In this document: piece by piece, positions 37,721 through 46,777 of the stretch
How the letters are laid out: each line of letters begins with the position of its first letter
How positions within the stretch are numbered: position 1 is the stretch's first letter
IMG/VR virus record: IMGVR_UViG_3300028833_000055
Span: 238,446 to 302,445 of that record
Strand: one strand, 5' to 3'
Length of the DNA stretch: 64,000 nucleotides
Source: a virus
Taxonomy: Duplodnaviria; Heunggongvirae; Uroviricota; Caudoviricetes
Made by a program: the position numbers and the translations under genes
The notes under the pieces: model-generated
What the model was told of the DNA's origin: nothing
The model's database searches: none
The model's input: only the letters and a program-made list of their open reading frames with translations

Positions 37721-38285
37721 CGACTATCCATATATTTTTCCTTCCCTTGCCCGGAAGCTTTTCCACGAACCTCGCCATCCAGGGGTTATTGCTCTTATTG
37801 GATGTGTTGGTGGCAAGCGCCGACTGAAAGGCGTTCCAGTCGAGTTCCCTTCTCATAAAGAGCATCCTGCACATCATCATCCTGTCTATCGCTTCCCTGA
37901 ATTTCGCTTCATCGTATTCGATGTCGTATTTCTTCGGACAATATTTGTCCCACTGGCGGTCTTCTTCATATGGGGCTATTCCGAATATCTTGCATATCGT
38001 ACCATCAAGGTGCTGGTGTACAAGACATTCCGTGTCACCGTATTTCAGTTTGATTCTGACAAGTTCTATAACTTGAAGGTTTCTGTCCACGAAACTCTCG
38101 AACCCTTCCGGACTTTTCTCCGTGTAGTTGTGCTTCAGCAGCCATATGACAAGTCTGTCCTTGAGGGCGTAGAACTGCTGTTTCGTTATGACATTCCTTA
38201 CATCGTGTGTCTTGAATACACTGTTGGTGTAGGTTATGTCTTCGAGCAACCTCCGGAAATCCATTTTTACCTCTTCTGCTTTCAT
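37704..38285 (-). CDS. Hypothetical early protein
   Basis: Downstream of the promoter box at 38298. Confidence 0.6.
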   Translation of the reverse strand: MKAEEVKMDFRRLLEDITYTNSVFKTHDVRNVITKQQFYALKDRLVIWLLKHNYTEKSPEGFESFVDRNLQVIELVRIKLKYGDTECLVHQHLDGTICKIFGIAPYEEDRQWDKYCPKKYDIEYDEAKFREAIDRMMMCRMLFMRRELDWNAFQSALATNTSNKSNNPWMARFVEKLPGKGRKNIWIVDVNNC

Positions 38286-38324
38286 ATCTTTTTTTCACAA
38301 AGATACTATTTTTTCCACAAAGAA

Positions 38325-38909
38325 TTAAAAATCTTGATAATCTTCGGGAACGAAAGTCTCGATACATTTGTCGGAGAACTTCTTCGGGTCGAAATCCTGT
38401 ACGTCCTCAATCTTGATTTTGTCCGACTCGTATTTTCTTCCGAGCTGGAAACCTTCCCAGCCGTAGTATTCAAGAAGATTGGCGAGACCCGCTTTTATCC
38501 TCCTTACCTTGTCGGCGACTCTCCTTCCACGGAAATCGGCTTCGGGAAGGATGTTCTCCACCTCTGCGTTTTTCTTTTCCTTGATTATCCTGTTTACAAA
38601 CTGTATCCAAGTGTTCTTCACGGCTTTTTCGAATTTCTCATACAGTCCGTCACCCTTTTCAAGATTCAGATAGTTTGTCAAATCTTGACAGGCGAGGTCG
38701 TGTTCCTTCTTCAACCTCTCCCCGATTTCACGGAAAGCATCTATCTTCCCTTGATAATACCAGTTATTGCAAATCGTGTCGGTATCGACACCGGGTCTCT
38801 GTGCGTTTTCGAAATTATTCATCGAATTTGTGACGGCCGTCATCAGTTCGTTGAAGAAACCGTCGTAAAGCTCCTTCGCCAATTTATATGCTACTTCCTC
38901 TTCAAACAT
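38325..38909 (-). CDS. Hypothetical protein
   Basis: 194 aa; overlaps the upstream NTase gene. Confidence 0.6.
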   Translation of the reverse strand: MFEEEVAYKLAKELYDGFFNELMTAVTNSMNNFENAQRPGVDTDTICNNWYYQGKIDAFREIGERLKKEHDLACQDLTNYLNLEKGDGLYEKFEKAVKNTWIQFVNRIIKEKKNAEVENILPEADFRGRRVADKVRRIKAGLANLLEYYGWEGFQLGRKYESDKIKIEDVQDFDPKKFSDKCIETFVPEDYQDF

Positions 38910-39561
38910 ATTGAATCATTTGTTTTTTTTCCTGAATGTATTCCTCCGGTTTCGGACATTCCTCAACCATCTCGTGATGCCACTCTTTCCAGAGGGGTTT
39001 GTATTTCCTGTTGAAGTCGTCCCATCCGAAACCGTTCTTCAAGTCTTCCATTATACTGTTGTTCAGAAGGACACCGCAGTTGTAATGTGTTATCTTTCCA
39101 TGTCTTGCAATCTGCACGGCGAACATAAGTATCCTCATGGAGTGGAAGAGTGACTTCGCCCCGCACCTCATATCGAGGTCCTTCTCGACCGTCATCTTCT
39201 TCTTCGCCTTCACCCACGAGTTAGACGATACACCGGAGAACTCCTGACGAAGTTTCCATCTGTCCAGCTCGAAGTATTTCAGGTAACCGGAACACGGCTC
39301 CTGAAACAAAGCCTCCATAGCGAATATGTTGTGTTCCTTCACCATATCTATGAAGTCGCTTTCACGGACATACTGAATGTCCATCTTCTTTCCGTCCCTT
39401 TCGGTCGTCTCGCAGAACAGTCTGTTTTCGAAACCTGTCTCCGTAGAGTGTGAGAAGGAGGAAAGGTCATAGTCACCGTCCACTATGCACCCGAGGTCTA
39501 TGTCCGAAAGTTCATCGTTTGTTTCGAAAAGTGTCGAACCTCTCTTGAAGTATATTTCCAT
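38902..39561 (-). CDS. Pol-beta-superfamily nucleotidyltransferase
   Basis: RGS.LF......SDID motif; C-terminal helical K.LFHSMRIL. Confidence 0.75.
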   Translation of the reverse strand: MEIYFKRGSTLFETNDELSDIDLGCIVDGDYDLSSFSHSTETGFENRLFCETTERDGKKMDIQYVRESDFIDMVKEHNIFAMEALFQEPCSGYLKYFELDRWKLRQEFSGVSSNSWVKAKKKMTVEKDLDMRCGAKSLFHSMRILMFAVQIARHGKITHYNCGVLLNNSIMEDLKNGFGWDDFNRKYKPLWKEWHHEMVEECPKPEEYIQEKKQMIQYV

Positions 39562-39562
39562 C

Positions 39563-39811
39563 CTAAAATTTCCTCTCTATTCTCAAGTTAATCTGCAACG
39601 AATCCCTGTAAGGCGTTATAAAGGGGTATATAGACTGTTTCTCGAATGAGATGACAACTTCCTTGATGAACTTGTTAAAGTCCTCCATAGTGTCTATTTC
39701 GACCTCGTAGAGACCGTTCAGCATCTTCGCCCCGTATGTTTTCTTCATAAGGTCGTCAAACCTCTTGTTACCCTTGAGCATAAACGCCTCGTTCTTCACA
39801 TAGACTTTCAT
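39563..39811 (-). CDS. Hypothetical protein
   Basis: 82 aa; tiled. Confidence 0.5.
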   Translation of the reverse strand: MKVYVKNEAFMLKGNKRFDDLMKKTYGAKMLNGLYEVEIDTMEDFNKFIKEVVISFEKQSIYPFITPYRDSLQINLRIERKF

Positions 39812-40026
39812 TCTTCGGTCCTTTTGTTCTTTATGATATTCTTGAATTCGTCCACCGTATAGGACTTGTATCTTGAAAAGTACAGTTCAAGTCCTAGAAA
39901 ATAGAACGACATACTGAATTTGGACACACTGAACCTGTCGGTGTTTATCCTTATCGTTGGGATAAGGAATAACTTGTGCTTGTCCCAATGCACTACGAAC
40001 ATATTCTTCTTTTCCGGCATATTCAC
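39808..40026 (-). CDS. Hypothetical protein
   Basis: 72 aa; tiled. Confidence 0.45.
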   Translation of the reverse strand: MNMPEKKNMFVVHWDKHKLFLIPTIRINTDRFSVSKFSMSFYFLGLELYFSRYKSYTVDEFKNIIKNKRTEE

Positions 40027-40250
40027 TAAAGTTCTAAAAATTCATTATCCATTTCCTTGTACTTCTCCACTATGAGCGAGGGGAGCTCGTTCTTGATGAT
40101 GTTGATAAGCTGACACATATCCTCCCGTGTCATATGTTCCGGCACGACGGATATTCTCCCCGAGGAATCCCTCTCGGCGGAAATCCTCGAAAGGAACTGC
40201 ATATCGTCTTGCAGTTTCTTCGCTTTCTTGTATGTCTCTATGTTCATCAT
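40026..40250 (-). CDS. Hypothetical protein
   Basis: 74 aa; tiled. Confidence 0.5.
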   Translation of the reverse strand: MMNIETYKKAKKLQDDMQFLSRISAERDSSGRISVVPEHMTREDMCQLINIIKNELPSLIVEKYKEMDNEFLEL

Positions 40251-40258
40251 ATATCGTT

Positions 40259-40519
40259 TTAAATTTCCTTCAGAAAATAGTTTCCAAAATCGAGTCCTCT
40301 ATGTGAAACCCACTTGTGTCCACACTTCTCACACTCGCACTTTATCCTGACCACATTGCCGGGTTCGTTGTTGTCGTGGAAATGCACCCACACGCCGCCG
40401 GTAACCCTGTGTTGTGAGGTGTTCTCCGATATTTCATTCACCCATATGTCGTCACACTTGCATTTAGGACAGGCGAGTATACGCTCCGCCAGTCTATCCT
40501 TAGTTTCCCTTGACGCCAT
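40259..40519 (-). CDS. Zn-ribbon protein
   Basis: CPKCKC...CECEKCGHKW. Confidence 0.6.
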   Translation of the reverse strand: MASRETKDRLAERILACPKCKCDDIWVNEISENTSQHRVTGGVWVHFHDNNEPGNVVRIKCECEKCGHKWVSHRGLDFGNYFLKEI

Positions 40520-40521
40520 TT

Positions 40522-40830
40522 CTATTTCATCAATATCCTGTTGACCTTACGTAATTCCTTTTCAATCAGACTGTCCTTGTATTCGATGAAGAGCAGCATA
40601 GTTTCCGACCACAACGCATACTTGTAGTCCGACACAGCCTTCTCTATGTCGTGGTATTGTCTTACACGTATCCCAATCCAGTTCAGAGTGCTGTACTGGC
40701 TGCGTGGGTCTTCGGAATTGAACTTCTTGTCCAATCTCCGGTTATAGATAAAGTATTCCCATTCCTCGTACTTTATCTCCAGATTTCTTTTTGCTCTCTT
40801 ACGGAGTTTTTTTAACAGTTTGATTTTCAT
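40522..40830 (-). CDS. Hypothetical protein
   Basis: MKIKLLKKLRKR N-terminus; tiled. Confidence 0.55.
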   Translation of the reverse strand: MKIKLLKKLRKRAKRNLEIKYEEWEYFIYNRRLDKKFNSEDPRSQYSTLNWIGIRVRQYHDIEKAVSDYKYALWSETMLLFIEYKDSLIEKELRKVNRILMK

Positions 40831-40834
40831 ATTA

Positions 40835-41467
40835 TTAGTCTTTGGTATTTTCCATATCCTTCTTGAAGGCCTCCACCATATCGTTCAGTCTTCCGGAGTT
40901 GAATCCACCGTAGAGCTCTGCGTGTGTGGCGAGCCATTGTATCGTTTTTTCGACCATCTGCTTTCTCTTCCATCCGGCCATATCGATGGCCGCCATCTCC
41001 GCCCAGCACTCTTTCGAAAGGTTCGGGTCGTAGTGCTTCGAGTTCTCCCATCCGATTTCGTGAGCCTTCTTTCTGTCATCGTTTACTTCACAGTCTTTCC
41101 TTCCTATGGTTTCGGTGAGGCAGTACTCTATGGCCGTCTCCATAGCCTCCTCGAATGTGTAGAAGCTGTCAGACATAACCTTATCCACATCCGAATTTGT
41201 CATCTGTATGGTCGGGAGATAGTTCTTTTTTCCGAGACAGTCGACCATAATGTGAATGAAGTGTTCTTCACGGAGCCATCTGCATACGGCCTGAATGGTC
41301 GGACACAATACGTTGCCTTTGCCCATATAATGTATGTCGGGGTCTATGAATCCCTCTATCACTGCATCGTCATACGCATACTGTCTTACACAAGCCTCCT
41401 TGTATCCACATCTTTGCAGAAGTCTCGCCAGTTTTGGCGAAACAAAGTCCCTTGAAATTTCATTCAT
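40835..41467 (-). CDS. Two-module phage protein (KWLRE domain plus MIEKA.EWL tail)
   Basis: FVSPKLARLL..CGY...PTIQAVCRWLREEH; C-terminal GWKRKQMVEKTIQWL...FKKDME. Confidence 0.6.
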   Translation of the reverse strand: MNEISRDFVSPKLARLLQRCGYKEACVRQYAYDDAVIEGFIDPDIHYMGKGNVLCPTIQAVCRWLREEHFIHIMVDCLGKKNYLPTIQMTNSDVDKVMSDSFYTFEEAMETAIEYCLTETIGRKDCEVNDDRKKAHEIGWENSKHYDPNLSKECWAEMAAIDMAGWKRKQMVEKTIQWLATHAELYGGFNSGRLNDMVEAFKKDMENTKD

Positions 41468-41760
41468 ATCTGTTCCTCCATATTTTTCTTGAAGTTGTCT
41501 ATAAATTCTTTCACGTTTACTTTCTTGCGGCTCGCCACCCAGTGTTCACTACCGCTGTAAAAGAGGTAGAGTTCGTTGTCCATCCACTCGGCCGCCTTTT
41601 CAATCATCCGCCGCTTCATCCATTCGGCCATTTTCAATGCACCGTGATAGGTTCCTCTATTTTCACAATTCCAGCATCCGTCATCTGCGTGAGATTTTTC
41701 AAGGCATCCATCACACAAACATGCCATCTCCAATATTTTATCCTTTGTCTCTTTATCCAT
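41464..41760 (-). CDS. Small protein with MIEKA.EW tail
   Basis: AEWMKRRMIEKAAEWM...FIDNFKKNMEE. Confidence 0.6.
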   Translation of the reverse strand: MDKETKDKILEMACLCDGCLEKSHADDGCWNCENRGTYHGALKMAEWMKRRMIEKAAEWMDNELYLFYSGSEHWVASRKKVNVKEFIDNFKKNMEEQI

Positions 41761-41764
41761 ATTT

Positions 41765-41938
41765 CTATTCCTCCATTAAAGCCCATTGATAGAATTTCTC
41801 TTCACATGGTACTCCATCGTCATCATCTTTATCACAAAATGATTTTGCCGGACATAAACTGCAATCTCTCAGGTATACAAAATCGTTGAACTTGTCAGAT
41901 GTTATGGATTTTAACCACTTAGTTATGTTATTATCCAT
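41765..41938 (-). CDS. Small Cys-containing protein (not in ORF track)
   Basis: Translated by hand: MDNNITKWLKSITSDKFNDFVYLRDCSLCPAKSFCDKDDDDGVPCEEKFYQWALMEE*; fills the gap and ends MEE like its neighbours. Confidence 0.5.
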   Translation of the reverse strand: MDNNITKWLKSITSDKFNDFVYLRDCSLCPAKSFCDKDDDDGVPCEEKFYQWALMEE

Positions 41939-41943
41939 ATCTT

Positions 41944-42195
41944 CTATTCCTCCATCGCTTTTTTAAAATCATCAATCGCTGTTTGTTCGTCACAATACAA
42001 TTTTGTCCAAGGCGTATTTCGTTTCAACCACTCCGATGCCTCCTCGATAAGCATTTTCTTTACATTCTTTGCCACATCGACAGCATCAAATAGTGCATTT
42101 CTACGACCACAAGCAGTTATGTCACATTCATCAATATGAATGCAAGTAGGACACATATTCCTCTTTGCGTATTCTTCTATCTTTGCATTTGTCAT
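41944..42195 (-). CDS. Small protein with MLIEEASEWL tail
   Basis: Start revised to MTNAKI; CPTCIH..C; ends IDDFKKAMEE. Confidence 0.55.
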   Translation of the reverse strand: MTNAKIEEYAKRNMCPTCIHIDECDITACGRRNALFDAVDVAKNVKKMLIEEASEWLKRNTPWTKLYCDEQTAIDDFKKAMEE

Positions 42196-42199
42196 ATTC

Positions 42200-42415
42200 C
42201 TATTCCTCCATCGCCTTTCTAAAATCATCAAGCAACTCTTCTGGTGTGGCATATTCTTCCGACCAATAACTGGACCCATAATCTTTCAGCCACTTCACGG
42301 CTTTCTCGACCATCTGCTTCTGCTTCCATTCGGCCATCTCCAAAAGTAAATCCTTCAAGGTTTTTGTACCGTGAAAGAACATCAGCATTTTGTCTATCTT
42401 TTCGTCGTTTGTCAT
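42200..42415 (-). CDS. Small protein with MVEKAVKWL tail
   Basis: AEWKQKQMVEKAVKWL...DDFRKAMEE. Confidence 0.6.
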   Translation of the reverse strand: MTNDEKIDKMLMFFHGTKTLKDLLLEMAEWKQKQMVEKAVKWLKDYGSSYWSEEYATPEELLDDFRKAMEE

Positions 42416-42427
42416 AGTCTTATATCT

Positions 42428-43057
42428 CTAATTCTCCATATCCTTTCTGAAGTCCTCGATTATCTCCGGAAATATCTTTCCGTATCCGTAGTAGTCAGGT
42501 ATGTGGTTTCTTATCCATTCGGTCGCCTTTTCAATCGTCCGCCACTTCATCCATTCTGAACCCTTCTCGAAAGCGAGCTGGATTGTATACTGTGCCATTT
42601 CGGAACGGTAGAACGGTCCCTGTTCCCAGAGTTCGTCCTTCGCCCTCCTTATGGCCTCGTTTCTTTCCTTGAGGAATATTAAACCGGCATCCGGTTCGGT
42701 TTCTTCCGGTGTGTATTTTTTGTCGTATATGTTTCCGGTCACCGTTTCAATCTCGTCTCCGGTCTCCATAGTGAAGCGTTTGCCGTCGTCCCTGACGAAC
42801 TTGAAGGCGCAGTTCTCGTAATATACGGTGTATGTCCATTCCGAACCCTTGAACTTCACGGCGTCTCCCTCGTACACATCGTCTCCGCTTACGGTGGAAA
42901 CACCTATGCACTCACAGAGTGTCTCCGGAATGATTTCGTAGAACTTCTCGTCATCGTCGGGGTATATGTAGTATGACCCCTCGTTCCGGCGGAGGTCTCC
43001 GTACACCCATTCGTAGTTGTCGATTCTCTTTCCTTTGAACTTCAATGTCCTTTCCAT
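42428..43057 (-). CDS. YopX-family protein with C-terminal IEKATEWI tail
   Basis: LKFKGKRID..EWVYGDL, IPETLCECIG, VYEGD.V, IETVTGNIYD. Confidence 0.75.
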   Translation of the reverse strand: MERTLKFKGKRIDNYEWVYGDLRRNEGSYYIYPDDDEKFYEIIPETLCECIGVSTVSGDDVYEGDAVKFKGSEWTYTVYYENCAFKFVRDDGKRFTMETGDEIETVTGNIYDKKYTPEETEPDAGLIFLKERNEAIRRAKDELWEQGPFYRSEMAQYTIQLAFEKGSEWMKWRTIEKATEWIRNHIPDYYGYGKIFPEIIEDFRKDMEN

Positions 43058-43083
43058 ACGATATGTTTTTTACAAAGATACTA

Positions 43084-43608
43084 TTATTTTTCTTCTTTTA
43101 CTATAAATCCGAATGGAATTTTTCCATCCATTATGGATTTCCAGTGTGCGACCACATTCTTGTTGGCCTTGAAGTCTGACTTTTCATTTTCTTCTATCAG
43201 TTCCTTTGCTCTCTTCTGAATGGTTTGCCATACTTCCGGTGGAATGGACTTTTCAAAGCGGTGTTCATACTGTGGATACAGCATATTATTGAAGTTCAAC
43301 ATCTTCATTCCGACATCATGGTCTTCCGTTATGGTATTGTCTATGATGCCCCACATAACTGCACCGGTCTGGAACGCTGTAAGTCCGAACTTATATGTAA
43401 ACATTCGGGCTGCCGCCAGTGAGATTGCCGTTGTTGCATTGACCGTTTCCTCATAGTAGTCCGGTTCCGGAAGCGTTTGGCAGTATTCCACGAGTTCATT
43501 TGTAAATGTGTTGAACTGCTCGAGTGTCTTTATGTCGTTCTTTGCCCTTTTTATCCACGTTTCCTTGTTGGACTTCCATCTATTCCTCTGTTCGTCTGTT
43601 ATCTGCAT
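43084..43608 (-). CDS. Conserved phage hypothetical protein
   Basis: MLYPQY..RF...VVAHWKSI.DGKIPFGF. Confidence 0.6.
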   Translation of the reverse strand: MQITDEQRNRWKSNKETWIKRAKNDIKTLEQFNTFTNELVEYCQTLPEPDYYEETVNATTAISLAAARMFTYKFGLTAFQTGAVMWGIIDNTITEDHDVGMKMLNFNNMLYPQYEHRFEKSIPPEVWQTIQKRAKELIEENEKSDFKANKNVVAHWKSIMDGKIPFGFIVKEEK

Positions 43609-43639
43609 AATATGTTACTTTTCAACTTCTGTGATTTTC

Positions 43640-43739
43640 GAAAGTCTCCTGTATTCCGGAGAGTCTTTAAAATTTAATTGGACTATCATCACTTTGCAAT
43701 TCCGAAAGTCTTCTATATTCCGGAGAGTCTCTAAATTTC
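43640..43739. repeat. Two imperfect 36-bp direct repeats, each a hairpin
   Basis: CGAAAGTCT(C/T)CT(G/A)TATTCCGGAGAGTCT at 43640 and 43704. Confidence 0.7.
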
Positions 43740-44203
43740 ACTGTAGAGGATAATCTTTCTATCTCTGCGGCCTTGTTGAGTTTCTCCCTGATTCTAGACC
43801 GTTCATTTTCAAATTTTCTCGCTAGATAAGGGATTATTTCATCGAGTTCGGAAAAAACTTCAGTGTTTGCATCACAAGTCCACTCTATACCAGTTTCATA
43901 TTGTATCCTGTAAGGTTCGCATCCGAGCTTGTGGAGTTCCTCGAGTATATAGCACAACACGGGGTTGTCCGACTTGGATTTCTCCGTAATCTCTCTTACC
44001 TCGCAGAAGTATCCCATATCAATGTTGCATCCGAACTTTCTGTCAATACAGAACTTGTATTCCACCCCGTGTCTTTTGCAGCTTGCATCCAGTTCATCAT
44101 CGTTCAGTACCCAGCAGCCAAGAGAGGTATTTCCTATTTGTACAGAAATTCTACGTAAATGCCTGTGCAGATATTCGGGTGCGTATTTTATCATCTTTTC
44201 CAT
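43667..44203 (-). CDS. Hypothetical protein
   Basis: 178 aa; tiled. Confidence 0.55.
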   Translation of the reverse strand: MEKMIKYAPEYLHRHLRRISVQIGNTSLGCWVLNDDELDASCKRHGVEYKFCIDRKFGCNIDMGYFCEVREITEKSKSDNPVLCYILEELHKLGCEPYRIQYETGIEWTCDANTEVFSELDEIIPYLARKFENERSRIREKLNKAAEIERLSSTVKFRDSPEYRRLSELQSDDSPIKF

Positions 44204-44215
44204 ATCTTTATTCTT

Positions 44216-44536
44216 TTATAATATTACTACCTTTTCATTCTTTATGGAAACCGTTCTTTTCAAGGAATACTTTCCGTTGAACGACACTCCTACGAAAGCC
44301 GCTATTCCACCACGCTGTTCTATTATGTTGTCAGCACTCTCGTTTATGAGTTTGTTCTGGTCACTGGACTCCATACGGGGATACAGTTCCGGATATTTCT
44401 CCGACATATTCGTCCCCGTTTCCAGTCCTATCTGTCCGTTCACGAATGAGTCTGATGCACAGAAGACTCCGAACATATATGTTTCGGAACAAAACTTCCC
44501 GTCCGATTCGGTTATGTTGATTACATAGAAAAACAT
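44216..44536 (-). CDS. Hypothetical protein
   Basis: 106 aa; tiled. Confidence 0.5.
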   Translation of the reverse strand: MFFYVINITESDGKFCSETYMFGVFCASDSFVNGQIGLETGTNMSEKYPELYPRMESSDQNKLINESADNIIEQRGGIAAFVGVSFNGKYSLKRTVSIKNEKVVIL

Positions 44537-44541
44537 TTCCT

Positions 44542-44814
44542 TTATTTTTCAATAGTTTTCTGTCTTATCACCTCATCCACGACTTCCCCCACTTTCCAGT
44601 CTTCAAGTGTGAAAAGGGGGAATTTGTCCTCCTCGACATTTATTTCGAAATTCCTTTCCAGAGCCATCAGCATCTCCACGAGGTCGAGTTCATCGAACGT
44701 CAGGTTCCCGTGCAGTAGTGTTTCTTCCGTAATCTTTTCCGTTTCTTCGGGTTTCAAGTCCAGCAGTTTCTGACAGAACCCCTTTATGAAATCCAGTATT
44801 TCTTTCCTATCCAT
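44542..44814 (-). CDS. Acyl-carrier-protein-like protein lacking the phosphopantetheine Ser (DEL for DSL)
   Basis: NLTFDELDLVEMLMALERNFEINVEED aligns with the ACP consensus DLGADSLDxVELxMxxExxFxIxIxD; codons GAT GAA CTC checked by hand. Confidence 0.75.
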   Translation of the reverse strand: MDRKEILDFIKGFCQKLLDLKPEETEKITEETLLHGNLTFDELDLVEMLMALERNFEINVEEDKFPLFTLEDWKVGEVVDEVIRQKTIEK

Positions 44815-45139
44815 TTATCTTGAGGTTTTTAATCACATCAATGTACGCCTCCTTTGAGGTCTTGTATCCCGCATATCCGTGATATGTCGTCCTGTCGAGC
44901 ACGGCCTTTATCGTATATCCTTTCTTTCCGTAGTAGAGTTCAACCGAGTCACATTTCTCGCATATCTTCATCAACGCACCGGTTGACCAGCACGGAACAT
45001 CACTTGGGTGCATACCGGGTTTGGAAACCCATACCCACGGTTTCCTGAAACCGTCAAGCGAGGTATAGAACATATCCGCCGTCATCGGATTCAGACCGAG
45101 TTCAAGCAGAGCTTTACTTTCTTCTACTGTAGTGTACAT
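44807..45139 (-). CDS. Conserved Bacteroidota-phage-type small protein
   Basis: YTTVEESKALLELGL...TADMFY...VPCWSTGALM. Confidence 0.55.
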   Translation of the reverse strand: MYTTVEESKALLELGLNPMTADMFYTSLDGFRKPWVWVSKPGMHPSDVPCWSTGALMKICEKCDSVELYYGKKGYTIKAVLDRTTYHGYAGYKTSKEAYIDVIKNLKING

Positions 45140-45142
45140 ATC

Positions 45143-45670
45143 TCAAATCAATTCTTCTATTTCAATCTCTCTGTCGGGAAACCTGAACCTTGCGATTTTC
45201 AACGCCACATCACGAGCCTCCTCCTTGCTTTCGAAAGACGAGGTGGTGTCACCTTCGTCATATCCTACCCACCTTTCAGGGTTGTCGTCAATCTCTTTCC
45301 GTGTGAGATGTCTCATCACCTCAATCACCCATCTGCCTCCTATGTTGTCTCTCAATTCCGAAGGGGCGTTACGCCATTCTTCACATATGTATCCTCCATG
45401 CACGAGGACCTTTCCGTTCTCATCCCTTTTGCAGATTTGGGGTTGTGAGGCGCTTATCGTGGCGTAGTAGTGTATGGCACCTATGGAAATCCCTCTGTAC
45501 GATGAGATTTCTATCTTCACCCTTTCACTGAAGGGTTTCCCGAGAAAGTACTCGGGGTGACCGGATATGCTGAAATTCTCCGGTATCTCGTTCGCCATTA
45601 CGAGGGGGTAGTTTCCCAGGTCACGGGAGCATTCCCTTACCCATTCTTTATTGACAGTTTCCATTTTCAT
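45143..45670 (-). CDS. Hypothetical early protein
   Basis: Downstream of the promoter box at 45684. Confidence 0.6.
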   Translation of the reverse strand: MKMETVNKEWVRECSRDLGNYPLVMANEIPENFSISGHPEYFLGKPFSERVKIEISSYRGISIGAIHYYATISASQPQICKRDENGKVLVHGGYICEEWRNAPSELRDNIGGRWVIEVMRHLTRKEIDDNPERWVGYDEGDTTSSFESKEEARDVALKIARFRFPDREIEIEELI

Positions 45671-45765
45671 ATATCCTTTTTTACAAAGATACTATTTTTT
45701 TAAAAGATAATAAAAAAAAAACCGGTACTTATTGATACCGGTCCTAAATTTATATTTGGGTTATT

Positions 45766-46776
45766 TTAATAACTCGTGTCCTGAATGACATCACCGAATG
45801 TAAATACTTGTGGTGTTCCGTTATTGTTGTATGACAACAGAAGTATTTCCATACACAAATTTGAATTTGGTTGAACCGGATATACGATTGATGATGTCAA
45901 TACTCTTCCGTTGAAGAAGAAATATGTAGAAGCCTGGAACTGTGTCGGGTCTACTGTCACATTAATCGTATCGTTTGTTACATTTACATAATAAAGTCTC
46001 AACTTGTTTCCGAAATCCGGTACGGATGAGAATGAAACGGTTTCACTTTGTGTTCCGATAATCAAAATAGTGTTGTATCCTTGTGCATCTATGTTTGCAC
46101 AAGATGTTATTGTCTTATAGTTTGTGGATTGTGCATTTACATCGCTTGCCGTAATAGCGGTACCAATCTGGACATGACCATAACTGTCCGCCCCTATCTT
46201 TACTGCATTTGTAGTCAAACCCGTTGGTGAAAGATTGTGAGTTATTCGTACATTTCCATCCAGTGCCCCGCCACCGCCGAGTGCTCCCGTACCGGTCACA
46301 GTTGTCGTCTTCGGTACATATGCGCTTAAAGCATTTGACAATGCCACACCATTCAAGGCATTGTCGGTATCCGATGAAATATATGTCGATGTAACTTGTG
46401 GTATGTTCGGCTGGTTTGACAAGTCATTATAACTGATACCCAAATCCCTTGTTGTCTTGTTTCCGGTAAGTGTCACGCTGTTAATACTCGGCTGGTTTGA
46501 CAAGTTACTATATGAACCGCTTGTGGCTACAGTACTTAAATTGAGTTTGTTCTTCAAGACGGGTAATGTTATTATATCGACATTCTCGTTGTCGTTATTC
46601 GTGTAATAAAGTTTATTGTTTGTCTCATCGTATTTTATATCAATAACTTCACTGACATTATCGTTCTGTATCAGATATAATTCATTCAACCCAATCATAT
46701 TGTTGTTGGCAAGGGCATCGAATATGGCCTTGCTTTCAAGTTTGTTTATAACAAGAGGAACCTTTACTTCATTCAT
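45766..46776 (-). CDS. Tail fibre protein
   Basis: LSTVATSGSYSNLSNQPSINSVTLTGNKT, GTGALGGGGALDG..ITH, D.YGHV fibre motifs. Confidence 0.7.
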   Translation of the reverse strand: MNEVKVPLVINKLESKAIFDALANNNMIGLNELYLIQNDNVSEVIDIKYDETNNKLYYTNNDNENVDIITLPVLKNKLNLSTVATSGSYSNLSNQPSINSVTLTGNKTTRDLGISYNDLSNQPNIPQVTSTYISSDTDNALNGVALSNALSAYVPKTTTVTGTGALGGGGALDGNVRITHNLSPTGLTTNAVKIGADSYGHVQIGTAITASDVNAQSTNYKTITSCANIDAQGYNTILIIGTQSETVSFSSVPDFGNKLRLYYVNVTNDTINVTVDPTQFQASTYFFFNGRVLTSSIVYPVQPNSNLCMEILLLSYNNNGTPQVFTFGDVIQDTSY

Positions 46777-46777
46777 T

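Noticed and set aside
37692-39014. 440-aa plus-strand ORF and other long antisense ORFs (for example 7448-8215, 32123-33226, 49488-50126)
   Set aside because: They are shadows of well-supported opposite-strand genes and have no motifs or promoters.
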